Shown here one piece after another: positions 12,483 through 24,809 of a stretch of DNA of 64,000 nt. This DNA is from Octopus sinensis. Its lineage: Eukaryota. Every line of letters begins with the position of its first letter. The stretch's first letter is position 1. The position numbers and the translations under genes are program-made. The stretch covers positions 36,518,001 through 36,582,000 of the forward strand of contig NC_043003.1 of NCBI RefSeq assembly GCF_006345805.1. Reading direction: 5' to 3'. The notes beneath the pieces are model-generated. The model was not told the origin of the DNA. It ran no database searches and saw only the letters and a list, made by a program, of their open reading frames with translations.

Positions 12483-13094
12483 ATATTGTTATATTTCGGA
12501 ATGGTCATATTGCCAGTTTAGCCAATAAAAACACACGCACTATATATTTGGTGTTATTTTGCTTCAGTGATATTTATTTTTTACATTAATCTTAATCTTA
12601 TTTCGGCCAAAGTTCTTTCGTCACACTCCTGTGACCGCATCAGTGGTCCTTTGTTTTCTTCTCACTTACTTGTGTCTCTGCTTACTAACCGTCAGCCATT
12701 TTGTATTTCTATTGTATGTCTTCATTTGCGCATGCTTATATCACTATGTGCGTCTATGTTTATTTAGTGTGTGTGGGGGGGGATGCCTGTAATATTTGTA
12801 TCTTCTGGTTATATACATTCTTGTAATTTGTATTTTGTTTTTGTTGTTGTTGCTTTTGTTCTAACTTTGTTCATGTGTTTACATCCACCCATTATTATCA
12901 TTACATATGCTTGTATGTATGTATAACAACAATATTAGTAATAATAATAATAAATCTAATCGAAACATAATAAATACACAGATAATTAAAGAAATAGAAA
13001 TGAATAACTATATATATGTATGTGTGTATATGTGTGTATATGTGTGTGTGTATATGTGTATATATATGTGTATATGTGTATATGTATATATGTA

Positions 13095-13127
<33 letters not shown>

Positions 13128-13661
13128 GTATATGTATGTGTATGTATGTGTATGTATATATATATATTTTTTTTTTTTTTCGATTAGATTTATTATTATT
13201 ATTACTAATATTGTTGTTATACATACATACAAGCATATGTAATGATAATAATGGGTGGATGTAAACACATGAACAAAGTTAGAACAAAAGCAACAACAAC
13301 AAAAACAAAATACAAATTACAAGAATGTATATAACCAGAAGATACAAATATTACAGGCATCCCCCCCACACACACACTAAATAAACATAGACGCACATAG
13401 TGATATAAGCATGCGCAAATGAAGACATACAATAGAAATACAAAATGGCTGACGGTTAGTAAGGAGAGACACAAGTAAGTGAGAAGAAAACAAAGGACCA
13501 CTGATGCGGTCACAGGAGTGTGACGAAAGAACTTTGGCCGAAATAAGATTAAGATTAATGTAAAAAATAAATATCACTGAAGCAAAATAACACCAAATAT
13601 ATAGTGCGTGTGTTTTTATTGGCTAAACTGGCAATATGACCATTCCGAAATATAACAATAT
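12483..13661. repeat. Near-perfect long inverted repeat: arms 12483-12965 and 13178-13661, 212-bp spacer
   Basis: ORFs 12567-12767(+) and 13377-13577(-) give identical 66-aa translations. I found one substitution and one microsatellite-length difference between the arms. Confidence 0.95.
13495..13539 (+). ncRNA. Variant or degenerate hammerhead-like motif (mirror copy 12605-12649, minus strand)
   Basis: GG(A)CCA-CUGAUGC-G-GUCACA(GGAG)UGUGAC-GAAA-GAAC-UU-UGGCC. Stem II has 6 bp and stem I is present, but the core has A9->C plus an extra G, and the cleavage triplet is CUU. Confidence 0.35.
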
Positions 13662-13711
13662 CTGTTTCAACACACGACTTCACATAAAAAATCTTGCACA
13701 ACAAATATTTA

Positions 13712-13744
<33 letters not shown>

Positions 13745-16419
13745 GTGTGTGTGTAAACATAAACACATACACATACACAGACACACATATACACACATAT
13801 ATACATGTGTTTGTATACATATATACTTACATATACACCATCATACACGAATATATATCACTAAAAGTCAAACATTAAGCAATAACTTGATACGAACTAG
13901 GTATAACTTTTAAATGCGAAGAAAAGCAATATATGACTTGGTTTGGATCGCCAAAAAAAGAAGCTTTTCGGCAACGCTTTACATATCTTTGAAGCTAAGC
14001 AAGTTCGAACTAACAACGGATTGGGATGCTCTCTTTGGTATATAAATTTGCTAAAATTAAAAGCCACATTTTTTAATGCATATTCCAACCTTTTGAAAGA
14101 GTGAAGAGCAACACTGCTTGTGACAATTCTGTATTGTATGACATGATTTTTAAAAGGATGAAATGCATTTTATCATAAGTCCATTCAGTCAGGATAGACG
14201 TGCAGCCAAACAGTAACAGTAAATACCAAGTTCTAGTTTCGGTTTTCAGCTATTGTGTACTTTATTGCGACACAGAATTATCTGATGAATCCCTGATACG
14301 TATTAAAGGACTGTTATGTATAGTTTCCACAAATTTTACATTATTTCTTAACATAAATATGAGTTGATTACATATAACGCCTAGCCAAACATGAACGGCC
14401 TCGTTAGCAAGTGAACCGTTAGGTAGTGAACGTTAGCTAATGAACATTTTCAACATTTAATATATTAAAATATAATTTAAAGGAAATTAATCATTGGCTC
14501 TATATGTAGATGATTGTGTGGACGATACACATGTTCCCTGGTATAAGGGTGAAGGTAAAATCTGAATTACAGCGAATAACAAGTATTACATGAATATCAC
14601 CCTTTTGATTTCGAACGTCATTGCGATCACTGATAGATTTTGTTCTTTCGGGGTTGATGCAGTCATCTACAAATTGCTCCTCTAACGTATCGATATATAA
14701 ATTCATAAGTATATGTGCTTAATATCCACTGTATCTTGTTGAAATAATTTTGTTTGTTAAACATTAAAACTATCAGTCTATAGACGTAGACCAATTTTAT
14801 TCTAAGCCACTTCCCATATAATAATGCTTCAGTGGTATGGTGTCGCACATATATCTTCGACTCGCTCCTGGTGATCATTCTTGTTTCGTCTTTTTCTTCA
14901 GAGACGTTGGAATTTCCACAGGAATTCGATTAAGCAAATAGAGGAGAAATTCTTAAGCAAATATAAAGAATACGGAGGCAGGGAATAGAAATATAACACG
15001 CTAAATAATTATCAGTACAAAAACGTCAAACTTTAACCTAGAATTGCCCTGATAATGGCCTCCATGTTCAGCCTTTGTGACTTATAAAATCTTGTCTGAA
15101 TAGGGAATATCCCAAACGGAAATGAAGTGACGTTGCAGAAACATGTATTTCCGGTATGAAGTTCTACAACATCCTAAGTAAGGTCAATGCCGGGGAAAAA
15201 CAATGACAAGTGAAAAAAGAAAGGAGACAGAGAGAAAATGAATGACAGAGGAAGAAAAAGAAGAAACGAATGAGTAGAGAAGTGCGAGAAAAGACAGACG
15301 CAATTGTATTTCTTTTGGAGTAAATAGTTACAATTGTGGCAGTAGTAACTGAAGATCAATCCTATAATAGCAGTTTTACATCGATATATCACTTTCATCT
15401 ATGATGTATGCGTAACATAATTGCGTAAAAGAAAAAAGAAGTACAAAATTGCAGTATTTAATTCTATAACTGCAAACCAGGCGACAATCATCTCCCTGTA
15501 TTAGGCACAGCAATATCATTAATGGATACAACAATGAGTGAATTGGTTTTGGAGATTATATTAACGCATGTGATTCGATTTTTAAGACGCCGTCATCGTT
15601 AATAAAAGCAAAGCATCAGCACACTGACTGTTATTGTGAATATTTCTTAATGGTCGCTTGTGTTGTCTAGTGCGGTGTATTGTCATTTATGAAGTGGAGT
15701 AGAATGAATTCTACCGCTCTAACTTATAAACAGTTGAATATATCTCTTGTGAAATATTTCATCTAAAGTGAGTGTTTTTCTTTCGAGAGAAGGAGAAAGA
15801 GAGGAAAAGAGAGACAAAGAAACGGAGAGATTAATCTTATTTTTGTTTACCAAACTCAAGCAACCGATTTTGTCTTAGTCACCACAATATCTAGCACCAA
15901 AGAATATCTTAGAACATAAAAAAATAACAATCTTGAGAAGAAAAATATATACATAATATTTCATAGAAATTATAATTTTAGTAGTTTATATGAGTTGTAG
16001 TTTCTTTTTTTTTTCATTTTATCGGTAAAACAATCAAATGTTCGCTACTGTAATTACATATAAATTGTCGTTTATATCTTTTAGTAGTTTTTTCTTTTTT
16101 CTTGTGAAGCAGAGGAAATGTTGCTATCTATCGATATGTCTACATTTTACGCGTCAGCATGACACCTATCTAGATACTACAATAACATATGTTCGCTGTT
16201 TCGTCCAGAGACAACAAAATTAACATTTTTGTGCTTCCTTGTATATTGTTACAACTCTCTATGAGCATCTGGGCTGAGAAAGAGAGAGAGGTGATGAATA
16301 GTATCTAATTCACACGACATTTTACTCTCAAGTTTCCTTGCCCTAGATATGGAATTACTATTTTACCTTTACGAAAGTCAAAGAATTATTTGCAGAAGGA
16401 GTATATGTTGAAATATAGG

Positions 16420-16515
16420 ACGGTCACTCAGCTGAGTGCCAGTGACCGTTAAGACGTCACTGGCACCCAGCTGTACCTGCATTTGTCTATCATGACCGAA
16501 GGGGGTCTTTATCCT
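16420..16515 (+). mobile_element. Internally deleted SINE remnant (family of 57599-57934)
   Basis: Shares CTCAGCTG, GACGTCACTGG and CATGACCGAAGGGGGTCTTTA with the full copy. Confidence 0.7.
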
Positions 16516-17682
16516 TGTAATATATCGTATTTTATCATAGATGGTGCAAATAAAGACGAAGATATCATCAGTTCCGTGCGTTTATTAATACAATACCAGT
16601 TTTATAACGTTTTACGAGTTCATTCAGCTTTCTGTTAAGCGGTGTATTTGGTAAAGCAATGAGGATGTACATAGATGACTTATTCTTTGATTTGAATGTT
16701 CTTGAAGAGTTTCCTTATTATATAACATTAATAAAACTGGATTAAATTAGAAATCCATTACCAGATCTGAGGAAATATCATGTATCCCGTATTTGATAAA
16801 TCTGCTCTGGTTTCTTTTCTTTTTCTTGAAATGAGTCGGGTTTTGAAGACACAAGTGTATTCCACAATTGAATACTGCTCTTATATATGTAGTGGTGATA
16901 CTGCTGCGTGCACACACATTCTGCACCGAATTCAGAGAAGGATCACATTCGACTGACTGACATTAAATCACTAGCAGAACTGCTCCAATCGCTGACACCC
17001 TAGCGTCTTCTCGCCGAACACTATATTTTGTATTACCTCTATAATAGTTTCTGTTCCTCATACATCGTTCATTCAAGTATAGTTTTAACACCCATAAGAC
17101 ATTAAACCAACAACGAGTTGGTGTTCAAGATTAATTAATCCAGAGAATTTGGTATAGAGAGAGAGAATTCCAGAATATCACAAAAATTACCAAAGATCTC
17201 GACGAGAAAATAACCAAGTCTCAGAGTTCATAATACAAGGTGATATAATGGATAGTAGTGGTAACGAATGTGCCAACCGAAACATTACTGCTCGCGCCCA
17301 TATACCCAAGTGATGTAAACATGCATAGGTGGCAGCAGCAAAAAATGACACTAATATGACCAGATTTAGTAACTGTATAAATAACTACAAAAGCAATAGT
17401 AACATACTAGTTAGAACTACGATGGTCAATGCACGCAGGAAAAGTAATATCAATAAGAGCACCACTCACGAATAAACTATTAGCGAAGCATGGGATAAGG
17501 TTTGGTGTATAACCCATTTTGTAATGCAATTAAAGTCGAACTTAACTAAGCATTTATTGAATGTCGTAAACAGACACTTTGATAAGAATAATAGTTATTC
17601 CAATCTTATATATAGTAGTACAATAAGGGTAGGTTATACCCTTATACATAATACCCTCCCTGAATAAATAAATAAATAAATA

Positions 17683-17707
17683 TATATATACATATATATA
17701 TATATAT

Positions 17708-17749
<42 letters not shown>

Positions 17750-17792
17750 ATATATATATATATTATATATATACATATATATATATATATAC

Positions 17793-17857
<65 letters not shown>

Positions 17858-17900
17858 CATATATATATATACATTATATATATATATATATATATATATA
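17683..17900. repeat. (TA)n microsatellite
   Basis: Seen directly. Confidence 0.95.
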
Positions 17901-18595
17901 CTTCTACTCCAATAGAAACAAAAATAGCATCGACGGCGGTATTAGTAGAAATAATAACAATAAACACTACCCCGACCTTATTACAGAATACACTCATAAC
18001 CAAAATAACCACTTTAACCTGAATAGACCTAATCCTACCCCACTTGGAAGCAACTACCTCCACAGAATAACCTATGTGACCATAAGAACAGCAATAATTG
18101 TGTCTTCGGTAACACCTGTAAAATTAAAGACGGTATTTATCAATGCACAATCGCAACACAGTCTAGCAAATTGGGTTATATTGGAGCAACCCAAAATGAA
18201 ATAAAACAAAGTCTAGCCACGCACCGACATTCTTCTAGAAACAAAAACTTATTTAATTCGACTGGTTTAAGTAGGTACGTTTGCGAGCTCAAAGATCTGA
18301 AACGATTCTCGAGAAAAATTCATACGTGAGCAGCAAAGAAGCCAGGGTAACTATCACAAGGATGAAATGTGGGACCAAATCTGGAACTCAATAGAGTATT
18401 TAATTATATATCATACATGCTAGCTTAAACATCAGCATATAATGTCGATTAGTGAATATCCAATAGAGTTTTGTGATAAGTAGGTTTCAGTTAACGAATA
18501 TTTCGATGATGAGATCCTCATCATATATATATATACGCGCGTTCTCGCGTGAGTAGGTATTTCAAGTAGGTAAGACACTTAGATTAGTTGGTAGG

Positions 18596-18716
18596 TCTGT
18601 AGTTAAGTAGGTAGGTAGGTAGATAGGTAGGTAGGTAGGTAGGTAGGTAGGTAGGTAGGTAGGTAGGTAGGTAGGTAGGTAGGTAGGTAGGTAGGTAGGT
18701 AGGTAAGTAGGTAGGC
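18596..18716. repeat. (AGGT)n microsatellite
   Basis: Seen directly. Confidence 0.95.
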
Positions 18717-20564
18717 AGGGATGTATATAGCTACGTAGGAAGGTAGGTATGGATGTACGCATTTGAACCCTTCATCTCTAGTTGTAGATTCTCGATAGCG
18801 TGTGTATATTCAGACGACGAACATGAATAAACTGTTGACTGCATTTTCTCCTTTCGTGTATCCACAGGTTTATACACATGTTTTTATTTATACGTGCGTG
18901 TAACATAACTTTGTTTTGTTAATTTGTTTACGTGGTGAAATTATAAATATAATTTCTAGTGATAACGAAATAGAAGCAAATACAATTGTTAGGATGCTGA
19001 GACTGCTGGCTGGAGAAGGAAGCCGTATGCTTTGTACTTATTAATTACTATTATATTCACATTTAATTATTTTCTTGAAGTCGTACATAAGAAAGAAATT
19101 AAATGTTTATTTGGGAATATTTAAACCGAAAATTCTTCGTCGTTATTCAATACTAACTTCGTTCTACGTTTTTGTTTCATTATTTCACTATTAAAATCAT
19201 GTAATAATTATAGTCGAATTATGTAAAACTGAAAATGTAGAGTTCTTAAACAAGAACCAGCTGTGAAATCACGCAACAAATTACAAACTAACGTCCTCGA
19301 AAACCGGCGACACAAACTATATATCTTGAAATTTTTGCACTTTTCTTAGGCCCATCCACTTGGAAGGTTATTTGTGAAATATTTTAGGAAATGGTCTGAG
19401 AATTACGTGGAATATACGTTAAGTAAAACCACCGCTCAATTGTGATCCTACAGAGCTATGGCCATAAATATTTATGTCGTCACCAGTCCAGTATTTCTTT
19501 ATTTTCATTCTCACTGATACCTACAGTATCTTGTGATTTTTTTTCCTAAACAAGATAGGATTGGTCTGAGAAAAGTTTGTCTGGGCGAGCAGCGTAAAAG
19601 AAGATCTTTCGTTGGTTTGTTGTACATAGGGTTGGGGAAATAACGGATAGTAATGATAGAAGAGAGATTTCGCTGATATTTATAATAATATGAGGATAGT
19701 AGAGAGCTCCCACGGTAATTTTTGCGTTATATAAATACGCGAGTGATTCAGATGCATTTTTTAACTAATCCATTAGACGTAGTATAAATCTGTGGTGGGA
19801 AATTGGTGTATACAGTAACGATATACTATATTGTGTCATTTGTAAAATTAACTATCGTCAATGGCGTTCAGGAAGGATATGGCTTGTAGTTCGTTTTGGT
19901 AGTGTGTTAGTGCAAAATAAGATATAATGTAGCACTGAAGTGCAGTATAGCCTTGGTTGGTATTGTTCTCGTTATAGTTGTTCTTGTTGTTGATGTAGTT
20001 CTTCTCCTCCTCCTTTTTTTTCTCTTCTTTTCTTCTACATATGAGTTCTTATTTATCGAGTATTCGTGTGATCCAAGTTATTATAATCGTCTTTAGTTTT
20101 TCTATTTGCAGGGAACTTAGAATCACATTGTTCAGCATGCTCTTTCGTATTGTAAGACAGTATAGCGAAATTATACCTCCCTTATTTGCAAGTAATATAG
20201 TGTAATATTTCAAATACTATTACTACTTTCTTTTTTCTTTCATACCCATACAAAACATTTTTATAATTTCTCAAACCACCTAAACAATACGTGGATTAGC
20301 CTTTTAATATTGCATTTGTTAGACAAAAAAAAATTTTAAATTTAAAATGTAACTGGTAATATAAGAACCATATTCTTTTCATGGTCCCATACTGAAGATT
20401 TACAATATAGAAACACATATTGGTTAATAGATATAGATATATTGGAAAATATTGATATCGAATATACTAACGATATATCTTGAGTGACATACTATAGGAC
20501 TTTTGAGGTAGAGAAAATAAAAAATCAAATTCTCTTTAATATCGTAAACTCTGTTGTATGTGAA

Positions 20565-20706
20565 GGCGTGTGGCTTAGAGGTTGAGGTCTTGAGCTCATG
20601 ATCGCAAGATTGTGATTTCAATTCCTGGACCGGGGTATGCGTTGTGTTCTTGAACAAAACATTTCATTTTACGATGCTCTAGTTCACTCAGCTGCAGAAA
20701 TGAAAT
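20565..20706 (+). mobile_element. tRNA-derived SINE head, truncated (family of 57599-57934)
   Basis: A-box-like TGGCTTAGAGG, B-box-like GATTTCAATTCC, then GTTGTGTTCTTGA...CTCAGCTG.AGAAATG as in the 57.6-kb copy. Confidence 0.75.
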
Positions 20707-21595
20707 TAACCTGGAAAGGGGTGGACTCCACCAGGCTCTCTCGCCCTAAACACGCTGCACCGCTGCACTGCTCCAATGACTCTCAAGGGGTTAAGGGACT
20801 TGTCGTTTGTCAACTCTGTACATACAGGTCTAACACAATCTACACAAAATGTATTCGCAGCGCGAAAGTTTGTGCTCTGATTGCAGTGCGTAGTCATAAA
20901 ATATTGAATTATCATGTGGCAGTGAGGTATAATAGAATGCAACGAGGTTTACTATGTTAATGAAGAAAGCGTGTGTTTATAAATACGGTTGATTTTAGTA
21001 TAATGAAATGTTGTGCTGTAAAGCTGTTTTAGTGTGTTATAAAGATGCGCTATCGTGTAGGCCAACCGATAAAGTTAGTAATGTGATGCGATGGTTTAAT
21101 TTAGTTTTGAGAAGTGATGCAGTGATAAAATGTCCACTTGTGGTGTTGTTGACAGTATCAAGTAATGTGATAACGAACCGGGGCTATGAAAAATGCATCT
21201 GCTCAACAAGAATTGTAGTGTGACGGCAATCGAAACCACATTGGGGGAAGCAAACTATTTCACTAGAATGCCCCTCATACGTCCATAGATATGGGTCAAA
21301 TTAGGTGTTGGCAGCGTTATCACACTGAATGGATTTCCAGTATGCGTTCGTTGAGTTGATTTTTGTTTCCTAATTATGAGATTGATTGATTCCTGATTTT
21401 AGATTTCCAAATCTGCTTATGAGTAAAGTTTTAGAAATAAAACTCTGAGACGGTCACTGTGTCATTCTGGACATACTTCGGAATTGGTTTAATATTACTT
21501 GTGACTGTGGGGCACTCGGCCGTTTCGTACACAAATTTAGTGATTAGGTTGTTAACTTGATAGAAAAACTGGAGGCTCATGTATCGAAATAGACA

Positions 21596-21992
21596 GGCGC
21601 AGGAGTGGCTGTGTGCTAAGTAGCTTGTTTACCAACCACATGGTTCCGGGTTCAGTCCCACTGTGTGGCACCTTGGGCAAGTGTCTTCTACTATAGCGTC
21701 GGGCCGACCAAAGCCTTGTGTGTGAATTTGGTGGACGGAAGCTGAAAGAAACCCATCGTGTATATGTAGATATATATGTGTGTGTGTGTTTGTGTCTGTG
21801 TTTGTCCCCCTAGCATTACTTGACAACCGATACTAGTGTTTTTATGTCCCCGTTACTTAGTGGTTCGGCAAAAGAGACCGATATAATAAGTACTGGGTTT
21901 ACAAAAGAATAAGTTCCGTGTTGGTTCGAGTTGCTCGATTAAAGGCGGTGCTCCAGAATGGCCGCAGTCAAAATGACTGAAACAAGTAAAAG
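21596..21992 (+). mobile_element. tRNA-derived SINE with internal (TA)/(TG) tract
   Basis: Head TGGCTGTGTGCTAAG...GGTTCAGTCCC, body GGCACCTTGGGCAAGTGTCTTC, tail GGCGGTGCTCCAG. Related pieces occur at about 10380-10530 and 43080-43725. Confidence 0.85.
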
Positions 21993-22487
21993 TGTAGAAC
22001 AGTCAATCAACGAGATGTAATGTCGTAGTGCGAAAATATAATGTCGTATAGCGTCCTGTAGGGAGGTAATAAAGTGTAATATTGTTGTTGGTGGTGGTGG
22101 TGTTGACGTTGTTGTTGCTGCTGCTGCTACTCTTGTGGTTGTCGCTGCTGTTATTATCCGCGTCGTTACTGTTGTATTTGTTGCCTAGCAGTATGTCAAA
22201 GCTGAGCAAGTTCTATGATCAAATGCATTCCTATAGCTAGCTACGACCATAACGCTTTATGTTTCAGACAGGAATGTCTCAAACTACATTATCTAATCTG
22301 TCAACCAATTCATAATTTAAGAAGGTTGGTGTGCGAGTTGGGTGGTTTGGTTGTTGTTTCCATTCGATCAAGCCACAACGCAGAGGTAATTTCGGTCAAC
22401 CATGAGGCATAATGTACTTTAATGCTTCATATGTACTTTAGTGTGATATAAATGAAATTTGCGTAATGTACTTTAGTGTTCTAATGT

Positions 22488-22870
22488 GGAGGCGCAATGG
22501 CCCAGTGGTTAGGGCAGCGGACTCGCGGTCGTTGGATCGCGGTTTCGATTCTCAGACCAGGCTTTGTGAGTGTTTATTGAGCGAAAACACCTAAAGCTCC
22601 ACGAGGCTCTGGCAGGGATGGTGGTGATCCCTGCTGTACTCTTTCACCACAACTTTCTCTCACTCTTACTTCCTGTTTCTGTTGTAACTGTATTTCAAAG
22701 GGCCGGTCTTGTCACTCTCTGTGACACGCTGAATATCCCCGAGAACTACGTTAAGGGTGCACGTGGCTGTGGAGTGCTCCGCCACTTACACGTTAATTTC
22801 ACGAGCAGGCTGTTCCGTTGATCGGATCAACCGGAACCCTCGTCGTCGTAACCGACGGAGTGCTTCCACC
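22488..22870 (+). mobile_element. Full-length tRNA-derived SINE
   Basis: A box TGGCCCAGTGG and B box GGTTTCGATTC. A degenerate 13-bp TSD flanks it: AGTGTTCTAATGT (22475-22487) and AGTATTCTAATAT (22871-22883). Related copies at 33607 and 41234. Confidence 0.9.
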
Positions 22871-23500
22871 AGTATTCTAATATAATATTCATGTGTATGT
22901 CATTGCTGCCGTTGTTCTTGTTTAGCTTCAGGTCAGTCTTGGGTAGCTAGTCGGATATCTTAGTGGCAACAGTGTTATATGGCTGCTGTGTCCAACATAC
23001 CGAAGAAAGCATATGAGGGTAATTCCAGGAAATTGGAGAATTATTCAGGAGAGATATTAATTTTAAGGTACAAAACTCCAATCTCCTTCAATGTAAGGAC
23101 CTCAGACTTCAATCCCCTTTGTGGTAGCACTCCATCCACTTCGTAAAGAAACCATGGAAATCGTAAAATTGAAGGTGTCGTAGAACCTTGTCACAGCCCC
23201 TATATTTTCAATGTTTTGAAAATTATTGCCCTGAAATTATACTTATTAAGTTGTCTCAGGTTGTAACGTCTTAAATATTGAAGATACTTTAAGAAATCAA
23301 TGATGCTACATTTAAGATGCCTGATTGTCTATCAAAGAACCTCCAGAGGTGACATACGAAAATGTGAAGAGAAAAAGTAACAAAGATATAAGACGCTCAT
23401 GGACGTGATTAAAAACGAAGTGCGCACGCTCACCAGACTATATATGGACGTGTATGTATATATATATAGGTTTCTCGTGTGCGCAAGTGTGTGCTAATTA

Positions 23501-23556
<56 letters not shown>

Positions 23557-23610
23557 CATACATGCATACATACATAAATATAGATATATATATATATAGT
23601 ATAATATAGT

Positions 23611-23679
<69 letters not shown>

Positions 23680-23704
23680 ATATTAATTAGCACACACTTT
23701 CTGA

Positions 23705-23835
23705 AGCAAGTTAGACTGGTATTTTTTTTGTAAGCCAGCTTTGATCTTGTGCCGCCAAGATGAAACATTCAGACACTGCTTTCAGACCTGAGCTTCTCAG
23801 CCACTGGTGAGTTGTTGCTTGGTGGACATCAGCAT
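23705..23835 (-). mobile_element. R4/Dong-clade (RLE) non-LTR retrotransposon fragment
   Basis: [32 protein letters not shown] matches the post-RT 'QWL.SSGLK.ETEG.I.AAQDQ' motif. It abuts an (ATT/ATC)n tract. Confidence 0.8.
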
Positions 23836-23839
23836 TTCG

Positions 23840-24075
<236 letters not shown>

Positions 24076-24189
24076 TCTTGTTCTTGTTGTTATATTTCTT
24101 TTGGAGTCGATACATTAAGTACCAGTTATACTTAAGTACCCACACAGATAAATAAATATGTGTATATATATATATATATACATACATAC

Positions 24190-24225
<36 letters not shown>

Positions 24226-24487
24226 CATATATATATACATATATGTATATATATGTATATATATATACGTATATAAAAGTGCATATATTAATGTGAGTGT
24301 GTGTGTATCTGTTGTGTCTGTGTGAATCTGCAGATATAGCGAGCTATTAAATTCTTCGAAATGCATTCTACCAATATACCGGGATTCACATTCTCTCACT
24401 GCAAACTCATACAATCAAACATACATACACAAGGGGGTGCACTCGCACACACACACACACGTACACCATGTATATATATATATGCAT

Positions 24488-24548
<61 letters not shown>

Positions 24549-24739
24549 CATATTATATATATGTATGTGTGTATCTGTCTATACATATAAATATGTATAT
24601 TCGTATATACATACATACATTATATATATGAAAGAGAAAGATATATATATATATATATATGCATATACATATATATGTACATAGATATATGCATATGTAT
24701 ATATATATATATATAAAGATATATGTGTATATATATATA

Positions 24740-24796
<57 letters not shown>

Positions 24797-24809
24797 ATAA
24801 TAATATTAG

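Noticed and set aside
20111-20150. Possible 40-bp plus-strand exon (ELRITLFSMLFRI)
   Set aside because: Splice-like signals are common at this AT content; there is no partner exon or homology.
20705-20795. TTAACC...GGTTAA ends suggesting a piggyBac-like MITE
   Set aside because: The inverted match does not extend beyond 6 bp.
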